The position numbers and the translations under genes were made by a program. Positions 36,637-46,476 of a stretch of 64,000 nucleotides of DNA are shown one piece after another. Source of the DNA: an uncultured Chloroflexia bacterium (GTDB lineage: Bacteria; Chloroflexota; Chloroflexia; QHBQ01; JADMIH01); assembly GCA_963797095.1 (NCBI GenBank), contig CAWCNY010000003.1, forward strand, positions 288,001-352,000. The letters are read 5' to 3'. Positions within the stretch are counted from its first letter, which is position 1; every line of letters starts with the position of its first letter. Under the pieces are notes generated by a model that saw only the letters and a list, made by a program, of their open reading frames with translations, was not told the DNA's origin and did no database searches.

Positions 36637-37566
36637 TCAGCCTTTGAGGCGTGGGATCACTTTCTCTATCATCGTGTGAAGCCCGTCTTGCCTGGGGAAG
36701 TCGAGGATGCGAAGCTGGAAGTGCCGCACACCAAGCTTGATGAATTGTTCCAGCTCACGCGTGATATCGTCGGGAGTGCCTGCTATCAGGTGGAAGGGGC
36801 GCTGCTCCTTCTGAGCGGGATCGTCGAGGAACTGCACGAAGCCGAAGTAGGTGTGGAATATGCCGGATGGATCGCGGCCTATGTCACGGCAGTGCCCCGC
36901 CAATACCTGCTGCTTGTGGGCGTACTCCTCGGCGTCGCAAAAGTTGTAGTTCCACCAGTCGGCATATTTGGCAACCACTCGAAGGGTCTTCTTCTCGCCT
37001 CCGCCCGCGATCAAGAGCGGGATGGGAGGGTCGGGCTGGGGTTGGCACTCGGCGTTCTCCATGCTGTAATACTGCCCTTTGAAATTGGCGGGCGACTCGG
37101 TCCAGAGGGCGCGGATGATCTGCACCGCCTCCTCTAGCTGGTCTATCCGCTCGCTGGCGGGCGGGTAGGGATAGCCATAGGCGCGATATTCGTCCTCTTT
37201 CCAGCCCGCGCCTATGCCCATGATGAACCTGCCTCCCGTCATCAATTGCAGGTTGGCGGCCATCTTGGCGGTAAGCGAGGGGCTGCGATACGACTGACCG
37301 AGCACGATATTGCCCAGGCGCACTTTTTCGTGGCGGCCTGCAAGGTAGGTGAGAGTGGTGAGGGCTTCAAGCACGGGCCGCTTGTCCCAATGGAAGTGGT
37401 CCTCCACCCACACGGTGTCGAAGCGGGGCTGCATCGCCTCAATATAGCTTTCGTTGGCCTGCAAGAGGGCGCGTGCGGCAGCCTGTGGAGACACCTTTTG
37501 CTCCTCAGAGAGGCCGCGCGGCACGGGATAAATGACCCAACCGAAAGTTATATCGCCGTTGCTCAT
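36637..37566 (-). CDS. LLM-class flavin/F420-dependent oxidoreductase
   Basis: WVEDH, GRFIMGIGAGW...EY.AYG, IAGGGEK..LR.VAKYADWWN. Confidence 0.88.
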   Translation of the reverse strand: MSNGDITFGWVIYPVPRGLSEEQKVSPQAAARALLQANESYIEAMQPRFDTVWVEDHFHWDKRPVLEALTTLTYLAGRHEKVRLGNIVLGQSYRSPSLTAKMAANLQLMTGGRFIMGIGAGWKEDEYRAYGYPYPPASERIDQLEEAVQIIRALWTESPANFKGQYYSMENAECQPQPDPPIPLLIAGGGEKKTLRVVAKYADWWNYNFCDAEEYAHKQQVLAGHCRDIGRDPSGIFHTYFGFVQFLDDPAQKEQRPFHLIAGTPDDITRELEQFIKLGVRHFQLRILDFPRQDGLHTMIEKVIPRLKG

Positions 37567-37622
37567 CAGTTGCTCCTAGTATCAGTACGAGTTCGCGAGT
37601 GTGGTGTGTAAGATACGGATCG

Positions 37623-38240
37623 TCAGGAGAAAGCGTACTCCATAGCGGTCGCCAGGCGGTGAGCCTCAAGATAGCCCAGGTCGTCCAGGGTATCTATATC
37701 GAGGGCAAGGCCGTGGGCATTGAAGAGGCGGATGGCCGCGCCGCTGGCTCGCGCCAGGTCGATATGAGCATCGAGGCTGCTTGGGCCGAAGGCGAAGTGC
37801 GCCAGGGCGGGCGGGTGGCTAAGTAGGGCGTTGGTGCCGGCGGAATGTCTGTCGGGCGCGAGGACCACAGTGTCAGGCTGCTCACCAAGCTCGACCATGA
37901 GGGATATGTCCCCCGGAGCGAGCAGGGGCAGGTCGGCGAATATCACCAGCAATGCCTCAGCGCCCTGCGAGATGGCCCACTCGCGGCCTTCTTCGAGAAG
38001 GTTGTTGAGGCCTGGGCGGCTCTGAGGCAGGACCGTAACCGTCGAAGGGAGATGAACCTCGGTAGGCTCCTGGCTGATCACGGCGATCCGGTCGATGGAG
38101 CCTGATGTGGCCAGGGTTTGCACCACATGTAGGAGCATTTCGCTCGCAAGCTCGGCTCGCTCATCGGTGGATAGAGCGCCCGCAAGGCGAGTCTTGGCGT
38201 TGCGGAGGCTCTTCATTGGGATTATTGCGAAAGTGTTCAT
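37623..38240 (-). CDS. cofC: 2-phospho-L-lactate/PEP guanylyltransferase (CofC/FbiD)
   Basis: IPMK....AKTRL, GLN, ADLPLL, APDR...GTNAL, FGP.S..AH, DIDT..DL. Confidence 0.92.
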   Translation of the reverse strand: MNTFAIIPMKSLRNAKTRLAGALSTDERAELASEMLLHVVQTLATSGSIDRIAVISQEPTEVHLPSTVTVLPQSRPGLNNLLEEGREWAISQGAEALLVIFADLPLLAPGDISLMVELGEQPDTVVLAPDRHSAGTNALLSHPPALAHFAFGPSSLDAHIDLARASGAAIRLFNAHGLALDIDTLDDLGYLEAHRLATAMEYAFS

Positions 38241-38289
38241 TTGCGTTGGTTATTGGTTGTCAGTAGTCGCAACTACAATCATCTGTGAC

Positions 38290-39318
38290 CTATCGTCTAT
38301 CGTCCAACTTGTGACTAAAGGCAAGTGCGACCTCGGCGAGTGCGCGCCTGTCTTCGTCCGTGTTCATTATAGTATCTGCTATTTCTGCAGCGATGCCCAG
38401 AGCCTCGATGCGGGGCGCATAGGCTTCGTCCAGGCGGTCGATGATCATGCCCTGGATGGCGTCTCCGTAAAGGCTGGCGACGCCCACCGGCGACACCTCG
38501 TGACCGAGAGATTGGAGCATGTTGGCGGCGGGGCCTTTGATGGCGGCACCGCCAACGATGGGGCTGACCGCCACGCGAGGCGCGGGCGCGGCTTTGAGGG
38601 CAGCACGCATGCCCGGCACCTTGAGGATCGGGCCTATGCTCACTATGGGGTTGGATGGGCAGAAGATGATAGCGTCGGCGCTCGCGATTGCGGACAGCAC
38701 CTGCTGGGTGGGCCGGGCTTCTCCGATGCCATGAAAGAGGAAGCCCGTGACGGTGTCGGTATGCCGGCGGCGCACAAAGTAGTCCTGGAATTCAAGCGGG
38801 CCGTCGGGGGTCATAAGGAGAGTGGCGACAGGCTCATCGCACATAGGGAGGATTGCGTTGGGGACGCCAAGCGCAGAGGAGAGATGGGCCGTAACTTCAG
38901 TGAGGGTGCGGCCTTCGCGCAGAAGCTGGGTGCGCAGGACGTGAGTGATAGTGTCACGGTCGCCCAGGCGAAACCACGGCTCGCGGCCATAGAGGGCCAT
39001 CTGCTCCATCCCCTGCCAGGTATCGCCCTCGATGCCCCAACCCCACGTGCGGTTGGCGAGACCCGCCAGCGTATACATAACCGTATCGAGGTCGGGCGAG
39101 ATGTGCAGGCCCCATAGCTCGAAGTCGTCGGCTGTATTGACGACCACGGATAGGCTGCCGGGGTCAAGGGCCATCTGGAGGCCATGCGCGAGCTTGGCAC
39201 CACCCACCCCCCCGGCCAGGGCCAGCACAGAATGACGAGTACCGAGTGCCGAGTTAGCCAGAGCGTACTCGGTACTCGGTACTCGGTACCTGTCACTCCG
39301 CTCAGAGTCCATGGACAT
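38290..39318 (-). CDS. cofD: 2-phospho-L-lactate/EPPG:Fo transferase (CofD/FbiA)
   Basis: [58 protein letters not shown]; exact start uncertain. Confidence 0.93.
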   Translation of the reverse strand: MSMDSERSDRYRVPSTEYALANSALGTRHSVLALAGGVGGAKLAHGLQMALDPGSLSVVVNTADDFELWGLHISPDLDTVMYTLAGLANRTWGWGIEGDTWQGMEQMALYGREPWFRLGDRDTITHVLRTQLLREGRTLTEVTAHLSSALGVPNAILPMCDEPVATLLMTPDGPLEFQDYFVRRRHTDTVTGFLFHGIGEARPTQQVLSAIASADAIIFCPSNPIVSIGPILKVPGMRAALKAAPAPRVAVSPIVGGAAIKGPAANMLQSLGHEVSPVGVASLYGDAIQGMIIDRLDEAYAPRIEALGIAAEIADTIMNTDEDRRALAEVALAFSHKLDDRR

Positions 39319-39706
39319 CTATCTTCTCGATGGTCATGTAGATGGTCACGCGCGCCTGCTTGCTGAATTTGTCACGCATGTCGCGTGCCGCCGATTCCTC
39401 GCCGTCGTAGCGAACTGCCAGGCGGTGGATCGTGGACTGCGACAATTCCGGGTCGTAATCAAGCTCGACGCGCCCCGTTAAGGTGAGGTAGTTGTAGCCA
39501 TCTTCCAGGCAGAGCGAAACACGCGGGTCGCGCCTAAGGTTGCGCTCTTTCTTGCGCCCCACAAGCGTGTTCATCATTATGCGGTCGCCCTGCAACTCGT
39601 ACCACATGGTGGTTAGTTGAGGCGTGCCATCGTCGTTAATAGTGGCAAGCACACCAAAGCGGCGCTCGCCGAGGAAGGCTTTGAGCTTATCTGTTAGTTC
39701 TGGCAT
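39302..39706 (-). CDS. PPOX-class F420-dependent oxidoreductase
   Basis: LATINDDGTPQ...WY, K.RNLRRDPRVSL. Confidence 0.88.
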   Translation of the reverse strand: MPELTDKLKAFLGERRFGVLATINDDGTPQLTTMWYELQGDRIMMNTLVGRKKERNLRRDPRVSLCLEDGYNYLTLTGRVELDYDPELSQSTIHRLAVRYDGEESAARDMRDKFSKQARVTIYMTIEKIDVHGL

Positions 39707-39720
39707 TGGTCTCTTGGGGT

Positions 39721-39841
39721 TGGTAGTCGGTAGTCGGAGGACAAGTGACGAGGGACAGTGACGAGGGACGAGTATTTGCCTTTCCGACTACCGACTACCG
39801 ACTACCGACTACCGACTACCGACTACCGACTACCGACTACC
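39721..39841. repeat. Nested heptamer hairpin: GGTAGTC arm / GACGAGG core / CGACTAC arm (~8 units)
   Basis: Read directly; both junctions are shared with 35721-35856. Confidence 0.92.
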
Positions 39842-39844
39842 ATC

Positions 39845-40750
39845 TCACCGTCCTGCAGGCACAAGATTGTTGAGTTGAGAAACGATCTCCGGGAAAACCT
39901 CGAAGGCGTCGGGGCGGCTGACGTTGGGGAGGCTGATGATGGCCTGGTCGAAACCTAGCTCTGCCAGGTGGCCGAAGCGATCAAGCGCCTCCTGGATAGA
40001 GATGCTGCCTTCGCGCCCATCGCGGGTAATGTACATGCGGTCGAGGCTGGTTTTCTCGATCTCCTCGTAGGGGCGGCCTTCCCTCTCGCAATGCTCCTTC
40101 AGAACGTTGAGTTTGTGCCGCAGCATCTCGTCGCCGAGGCGGGCAAAGAGGTTGCAGGCATCGGCGTATTTAGCCACGAAGCGGAGGGTCTTGGTCTCGC
40201 CGGTGCCGCCGATCAGGATCGGAGGGTGGGGCCTGGTAAGCACCTGCGGCGAGTTGAGCGTTTCGGCGAGGTGATAATGCTTGCCATGGTACTCACCGAC
40301 CTCGCCAGACCACATCTGGTGGGCGATCTGGAGGGTCTCTTCCAGGCGCTCGAAGCGCTCCTTGAGAGGAGGGAAGGGAACGCCCAGCCCTTTGTGCTCG
40401 CGCTCATACCAGCCCGCACCCACGCCGAAGTAGGCGCGCCCACTCGAAACAACATCGAGGGTGGAAACGGTCTTAACCAGGATGCCGGGGTTGCGATATG
40501 TGGCGCTGGTGACCATTGTACCCAGCTTTATACGCTCGGTCTGCCCGGCGATGAAGCTGAGCGCGCTGTAGCCCTCAAGCATGGGCTCTTCGGCCTGGCC
40601 CAAACCCGGTATCTGGAAGAAATGGTCCATAACCCACAGGCTCTCGAAGCCCGCTCGATCGGCCTGACGTCCGATCGAGCCGAAGATGGGGCCGATAGAT
40701 TGGGGCTGGCCTTCCCACGTGAAGTTGTTTACCTGTATGCCTAGTTTCAT
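39845..40750 (-). CDS. F420-dependent LLM-class oxidoreductase (Rv1855c-like)
   Basis: WVMDHFFQI, EPMLEG, YRNPGIL.K..TLDV.S.GRA..G.GAGWYERE, IGG.GE.KTL. Confidence 0.9.
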   Translation of the reverse strand: MKLGIQVNNFTWEGQPQSIGPIFGSIGRQADRAGFESLWVMDHFFQIPGLGQAEEPMLEGYSALSFIAGQTERIKLGTMVTSATYRNPGILVKTVSTLDVVSSGRAYFGVGAGWYEREHKGLGVPFPPLKERFERLEETLQIAHQMWSGEVGEYHGKHYHLAETLNSPQVLTRPHPPILIGGTGETKTLRFVAKYADACNLFARLGDEMLRHKLNVLKEHCEREGRPYEEIEKTSLDRMYITRDGREGSISIQEALDRFGHLAELGFDQAIISLPNVSRPDAFEVFPEIVSQLNNLVPAGR

Positions 40751-40905
40751 ATTGTTACGACCTCTCTTTAGTCAATCTTTGTAACCCATCGCCGGTGGGC
40801 AAATGGGTTGTCTCTATTGTGATGGACTTTGACGGTGCAATATATATGCCGCAAGTGGGGATTTTTCGTCTATTTGCGCCTGGGACGGCGCATACGGAAC
40901 ACACC

Positions 40906-40934
40906 AGTATAGCACACTCCATGCCGGGCGTCAT
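40906..40934 (-). promoter_or_regulatory. Sigma70-type promoter of the F420 operon
   Basis: Reverse complement reads ATGACG-N17-TATACT with a TG extension. Confidence 0.55.
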
Positions 40935-41239
40935 GGGACCGGAGATGTATTTGGAGATTAGATAATTGTTAACAGTTCTTTCGCTCATTTTTGGGCTAAT
41001 TGGAGAAATTGCACGCTTAGCATAAGCCTCTCGGTTTGATAAGTGGCCGAATTGGGCTCCAAAGACCGGTTTTGGGCCTTGCCACAAGGGTTGGGGCCTC
41101 GAGGTCTGAGAAACACATTCGATGGCTGACCTCCATTTAGTGAGTTGATGATGTCGAACACTAGATGTAGTGCTTCGGCAATTCTCAGAACCACCTGGAA
41201 AATGAGCGAACGATCTGTGTTAATACGCAGAATGCAGAA

Positions 41240-41268
41240 TTGCGCGGGCAAGGGTGCGCGGGTATAAT
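41240..41268 (+). promoter_or_regulatory. Sigma70-type promoter of the amidase gene
   Basis: TTGCGC-N17-TATAAT. Confidence 0.5.
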
Positions 41269-41366
41269 GATGCTGGGCGTGCCCTGCCCGTCCTATCGCG
41301 GCGCAATTAGCTATCTCAAAAGCGGTTCCCGGCCCCTTATGGTCCTCCCAAGAAATGGAATAGATT

Positions 41367-42506
41367 ATGTCCGAGCTATCTCCCTGGCAGGTGGCCTTAC
41401 TTGCCTTACTTACCATGCTTGGAATGGGTGTTGTTGCGAGCGTCTTACCTTCGAGCGGTTGGGGGCAGCAAGCAGCGAACGTTCAGAATGAGATGATACT
41501 TAGGCAGCCTGCGTGGGCTGTCGGTGCGCTACCCGTGGCCGCGCCTACCGCTACTCCTGGCACGCGAGCATTTCGAGTGGCGATACAGATCGGGCATTAC
41601 AAGAACGACGAACTGCCCCCGGAATTATCGCGCTTGGAGGGGAGCACAGGCACATCGGGCGGCGGGCGCACAGAGGTTGATCTGAATTACGACGTGGCGC
41701 AACTGGTAGCCAGGTTGCTGCGGGCGAAGGGCGTGATCGTGGAGGTGCTTCCCGCCACTGTACCGACCGGGGATAGCGCCGACGCCTTCGTAGCCATCCA
41801 CGCCGATGGAGCGGCAGCATCAGGGCCACGCGGGTTTAAGATCAGCACGCGCTGGAGCAGCGAGGTAGCTGTGCAGGATGGCATGCTGGTCGACCAGATG
41901 ATCGACGCTTACAGGAGAGAGACCGGTCTGCCAGAAGATAGCAACGTGACCAGGAACATGCGCGGGTATTACGCTTATTCACCCCGCAGGCCGACCTGGC
42001 GCGTATCGAACTTCACCCCCAGCGCGATCGTGGAGATGGGCTACATGACGAACGCCGCCGACCGCGCGGTGCTGTTCAACAAGACCGGTCTTGTGGCGAC
42101 CGGTATCGTGAACGGGATCATGGACTTCCTGCACGCGGCTTACGGGTCGCAGCCGACGGGCAACGCCTACGGGTACGGATATGGACTGGTGGACAACAAC
42201 ATCGTGCCGCCCGGCTCGGCGACACCTACCAGGGTGCCCGGCACCGGAACCGGCGCGGGAGCGGGAGTGGCAGCGGGAGCGCCGGGCGGAGCCTCAAGAC
42301 CTCAGCCTGGAAGCTGGCAGGTGGTGTTCATAGATAAGGCCCAGACCGGCGTATACACGGGACAAGGAAGCGGCGATCTGGTGGGCAAAGTGAACCGGGG
42401 GCAGGTGCTGACTGCCAGCATCCGGCAGGGAGATTATTACTATGTGACCCTGCCCAACGGCAAGCAGGGGTGGGTCAACCGGACCTGGATCGTAGTGCAG
42501 ATGTAG
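41367..42506 (+). CDS. N-acetylmuramoyl-L-alanine amidase (Amidase_3) with N-terminal TM anchor and C-terminal SH3b domain
   Basis: QIGH, E.DLN, AIHAD and IVEMGY zinc/catalytic motifs; C-terminal YYVTLPNGKQGWV. Confidence 0.82.
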   Translation: MSELSPWQVALLALLTMLGMGVVASVLPSSGWGQQAANVQNEMILRQPAWAVGALPVAAPTATPGTRAFRVAIQIGHYKNDELPPELSRLEGSTGTSGGGRTEVDLNYDVAQLVARLLRAKGVIVEVLPATVPTGDSADAFVAIHADGAAASGPRGFKISTRWSSEVAVQDGMLVDQMIDAYRRETGLPEDSNVTRNMRGYYAYSPRRPTWRVSNFTPSAIVEMGYMTNAADRAVLFNKTGLVATGIVNGIMDFLHAAYGSQPTGNAYGYGYGLVDNNIVPPGSATPTRVPGTGTGAGAGVAAGAPGGASRPQPGSWQVVFIDKAQTGVYTGQGSGDLVGKVNRGQVLTASIRQGDYYYVTLPNGKQGWVNRTWIVVQM

Positions 42507-42553
42507 GCACGTCCCCGGCTTTGAAGCCTCTACCGGCTACCGCTTACCGCCGG

Positions 42554-44020
42554 TCATTTCTTATCTTGTGCCCACAACCCTTCAATATGCCGCCAGGCTT
42601 CGTTAGCCATATTGGCCGCGAGAGAAGAGGCGGGATAAGGGCTGTAGCGGGCGTCCAGGTAGGCCGAGGTGATCGCCTCCAGGTCAGGGCGGAGGTCGGG
42701 GAGATCGCGGGAGAGGACCCGCAAATACTCGCTGGGGGTTTGCTGCGGAAGGCGCGGGTGGCCGGCGTCGCGTGCCTGCCTGAGAAGGCGCGCATATATT
42801 TGGCGTATCGTCAGCGTGCCCGCCATATCGGCGCGGCCCTGGAGCGCGGCCAGGTCATCTACCTCCGCATGGGCCGATTCAGGCGCTGGCTTGCGGAAAC
42901 GCCCAAACAGGCGCTCGAACAGGGCCCGCAATTGGGCCAAAAAGAGCGCCCACGATCCGAAATGCTCGTGCTCCTCCTCGAATAGCTCGTCACGATCTTG
43001 CCGGGACGTTTTCAACCACCTCAGCGTGAAAAAGAGCACGGCAGCTACGATGAGCAGCGCGGCCAGCACAATGAAGAACGCCTGCCACTCCGACGGGATG
43101 TTGAGTGGGTCGAAACCCTGGTTCTGCTGCTGGAACTGTTCGAGGAAGGAAGGCTGCTGGGTAGGTCCAGGTGTCGGTTGCGGCTTAGGTTGGTCCGACC
43201 CAAAGCGGAGGCCGAGACCGCAGAACGATAAAGGCCACACAACGATGTACATGAACGCGTAGAGCAACCCCCCCACCGCCGACAGCACAGCCACCACTCC
43301 TGATTGAATGGTCGCAACCACATCCCCCGTGCCCAGGCCCTGCCCCAATATGCCCAGCAGCAGAATAATACCCACGCTGGCGACCAGCAGCCCGGCCCAC
43401 GAGCGGAAGCTTGTCTCGCCTGTCTCGCGACGCACCGTTTCGCGGTTTCCCAGCGCAAGTGCCGCCAGTCCCGATCCGAAAAAGAGCAGCACAGCGCCCC
43501 ACACTCCTGTCCACAGCGTATCTATGCTGTCGCGCATCACCAGGGTAGTCAGAATCACCAACAGGGCGATGGCGGTCAACTCCAGGCGGAAGTGGAGGTA
43601 AGCACGCTCGTACTCGTCCGGCTCGGAAGCTCTATAGCCGCCCAAACCCCAGACGAAGAGCACCAGCACGCCAATATAGACTAATGGTATGAAGAAGAGG
43701 TTGTTGATATTCTGCCAGTCAATGGGGGTATATGCCAGGGCCGTGACCAGGGCCACCGCCACGCCTACCGCCCCCGCGACAACACGCAACAAGGAATCGT
43801 TAAGCCTCGTGCGCCGGATCAGGTAGGTGACTAAGGCCAACCCCCCAAATTCCAGCAAGCCGAGCAGGAGAGGCTGGGGCACCGAAAACTGCAAAGTGCG
43901 GCTCAGGAAGACGCTATTGAATATCCACGCGAGGATATAGACGCCGCTTCCGTCCAGCAAAGATAAGAAGAAGGCGAAGGCGTTGATCGGGCTATAGACT
44001 CTGGTGCGTGGTGCCTGCAT
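42554..44020 (-). CDS. Multi-pass membrane protein with C-terminal DUF4129 domain
   Basis: Many TM segments; IRQIY..LL..G.PR...QTP.EY..IT.AY..ARYS. Confidence 0.8.
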   Translation of the reverse strand: MQAPRTRVYSPINAFAFFLSLLDGSGVYILAWIFNSVFLSRTLQFSVPQPLLLGLLEFGGLALVTYLIRRTRLNDSLLRVVAGAVGVAVALVTALAYTPIDWQNINNLFFIPLVYIGVLVLFVWGLGGYRASEPDEYERAYLHFRLELTAIALLVILTTLVMRDSIDTLWTGVWGAVLLFFGSGLAALALGNRETVRRETGETSFRSWAGLLVASVGIILLLGILGQGLGTGDVVATIQSGVVAVLSAVGGLLYAFMYIVVWPLSFCGLGLRFGSDQPKPQPTPGPTQQPSFLEQFQQQNQGFDPLNIPSEWQAFFIVLAALLIVAAVLFFTLRWLKTSRQDRDELFEEEHEHFGSWALFLAQLRALFERLFGRFRKPAPESAHAEVDDLAALQGRADMAGTLTIRQIYARLLRQARDAGHPRLPQQTPSEYLRVLSRDLPDLRPDLEAITSAYLDARYSPYPASSLAANMANEAWRHIEGLWAQDKK

Positions 44021-44052
44021 AATGCGATTTACTCGGCGAAGGTGAGCCTCTG

Positions 44053-45316
44053 TCAGAACGCAAGACTTTCAATGGCTTCCGCTTGCCCTATGGCCTCCAC
44101 AAGATAGTAAGTGATACCCTGCGCCTGGATGGCCGCAGATGATTTCTTGCCGGAATGGGAGGCGGCGCGCTCTGACCCCACCGTCTCGATGAGCGTAACA
44201 GGGTGGCCCGCACGCCGCAGAGATAGAAGCACATCGAGCATATCGGCGGTGACGATGCCCGTCACCACAACGAGGGTCGCGCCCCTTGGCAGTGAGTAGC
44301 GCTGGGCGCGGATCAACTCCTCCATAGGCAGCCCCGACCACCCCTTGATGCGGGCTAGCGACTCTAGAATGCGCGTTAGCTGGCCCGAGTCGCGGCTGGG
44401 CGGCACCTTGACCTGCCTGTCGGAGGCGACGGCAAAAGTATTGATCTGCATACCCACCATCCACCCCTCCTCAAGCGCGTAGTTGGCGACCGATGCGGCC
44501 ACCGAGATGGTCAGCTCAAGGGTCTGCGCGTCGAGGCCCTCGAACATGTGCACGAAGGTATCCTGGTTCAGGAACACATAAAGCTGGGGGGTGGCCGACG
44601 GCTCGAAAAGGCGGGTCTGGAGTGCGCCACGCCGAGCGGTGGCCTTCCAATGGATGTGACGCGGGTTGTCGCCATAGGCGTATTCACGCACAGCACGCAA
44701 GCGCAACGGGTCGGTCACGATCATCTGCGTCGATTTGTGGTCGCCGAAAGGCTGGCGGGCCGGTATGCCCAGTTGCTCAACAGGCACGTAGCGCGGGTAG
44801 ACCAGCAGCGTGCCCGGCAATTCGACAGTGGCTGTCCGCCGGAACAGCCCGAATATGTCGCCCGACTTGATTTCGAGCGGGCCGAATTCGTACTCGCCCC
44901 GCGCCGTGCATAAAAAGGTGTAATGCCTGGTGACGCGCTCGTACCAGGCGAGCGAAAAGGCAGCGCTGAAACCCATCATGCGCAGCCTGGCAGCATAGGG
45001 ATGGGCCTGGCTGATCATCTTGAGCGCCACAGGATACTGGTCCTCCACCGCGATCCAGGGCAGAGGCAGCGGCTTGTTGTTGATAATTACGTGGGACATA
45101 GCCACCGATTTACCCCAGAAGGCGCGCGTCTGGCTGAAATAGCGCTCCACGCTCAGATTGGCGAGGCACCAGCGCGCCCAGGCCCAGGAAGTGAGGAGGG
45201 CCACCGAGAGGATCAGCCCAAGCCCGAAGATAGCCTGGTTGAACAGGATCGCCCCGACCACAATGAGTTCCCGCCGCGCCCCATATCCACGCCCTCGAAA
45301 GCTGGCTGCTGGTCAT
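44053..45316 (-). CDS. DUF58 family protein (MoxR-associated) with an apparent 1-nt frameshift near 45268-45272
   Basis: RGEY.FGP..GDIFGLF, VYP, VREY..GD..R.IHWKATAR; the RBS-preceded ATG 45316 is out of frame with the body (44053-45261). Confidence 0.8.
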
Positions 45317-45414
45317 AACCTCCACCTGCGACGCATAGCGGTCGGGCAGGCCGGTAGGCCGGTAATATTTGGGCAGGTTGGGGATGTAGGCCATGGTGGC
45401 GGATCAGAGCGGGA

Positions 45415-46461
45415 TTACCGCGCCTCGATGGTCTCCACAGGCACAGGCACGCTCTCCACTATCTCGGCCACAATTGCAGCCGTGTCTCTGCCGCGCAGGC
45501 GGGTGCGTGTGCCGAGCATGACGCGGTGCGAGAGGGTCGGCACCGCCATTCGCTTGGCGTCATCCGGCAGGACGTAAGAGCGGCCCTGTATAGCGGCCAA
45601 CGCCTGCGCAGTGCGCAATAGCGCCAGGGTAGCGCGTGGCGACGCGCCCAGTTCGATTGTGTCGTGCTTGCGGGTGGCGCGGATGATTTGCAGGATATAG
45701 CCCTCGACTGCCGGGGAGACGTGGACTGTGCGCACAGCCCCTTGTGCGCGCAAAATCTCCTCGGGCTGCGCCACGGGTTGGAGGTCGGCCAGGGGACTGG
45801 CTTCGCGGAAGCGGCGCATGATGGTCCGCTCGTCATCCTCCGATGGATAGCCGAGGGCCAGCTTGATCAGAAAGCGGTCAAGCTGGGCTTCAGGCAGTGG
45901 AAACGTGCCTTCAAGCTCTACCGGGTTCTGGGTGGCAAGCACCATAAAGGGACGAGGCAGGGGCGCAGTTTCGAGGTCGATAGTGACCTGGCGCTCCTCC
46001 ATCGCCTCAAGCAAAGCCGACTGCGTGCGCGGTCCTGAGCGGTTGATCTCGTCGGCCAGCACGATCTGGCTGAAGATGGGGCCGCGCCTTGTCTCGAACT
46101 CGGACGTGCGGGCGTTGAAGATCGACGTGCCCGTGATATCGGAGGGTAGAAGGTCGGGCGTGAACTGAATGCGGCTGAAGGAGCAGGCCAGCGACCGGGC
46201 AAGCGACTTGGCGAGGGTGGTCTTGCCGATGCCGGGCACGTCTTCGATCAGGACGTGCCCCTCGCACAGGAAGGCGACCAGCAGTAGCTCTATCTCGGCA
46301 TCTTTGCCCACGATCACACGCGAGATGCTATCCTGAACACGCCGAGCAAGCGAGGTCACAAGCAGCGACTGCGGGTTGCGGGCATCAGGTTGCGCGCCAA
46401 GAGGGCCTGTGCCGTTGGGGTCGCGCCCGTTGTTGGGCCCGTTGTTATGGGGGAAGGTCAA
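45415..46461 (-). CDS. moxR: MoxR family AAA+ ATPase
   Basis: EDVPGIGKT, RIQFTPDLLPSDITG, LADEINR, ATQNPVE.EGTFPLPEAQLDRF, GASPRA. Confidence 0.95.
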   Translation of the reverse strand: MTFPHNNGPNNGRDPNGTGPLGAQPDARNPQSLLVTSLARRVQDSISRVIVGKDAEIELLLVAFLCEGHVLIEDVPGIGKTTLAKSLARSLACSFSRIQFTPDLLPSDITGTSIFNARTSEFETRRGPIFSQIVLADEINRSGPRTQSALLEAMEERQVTIDLETAPLPRPFMVLATQNPVELEGTFPLPEAQLDRFLIKLALGYPSEDDERTIMRRFREASPLADLQPVAQPEEILRAQGAVRTVHVSPAVEGYILQIIRATRKHDTIELGASPRATLALLRTAQALAAIQGRSYVLPDDAKRMAVPTLSHRVMLGTRTRLRGRDTAAIVAEIVESVPVPVETIEAR

Positions 46462-46476
46462 CTGGTGCTCCTTTTG

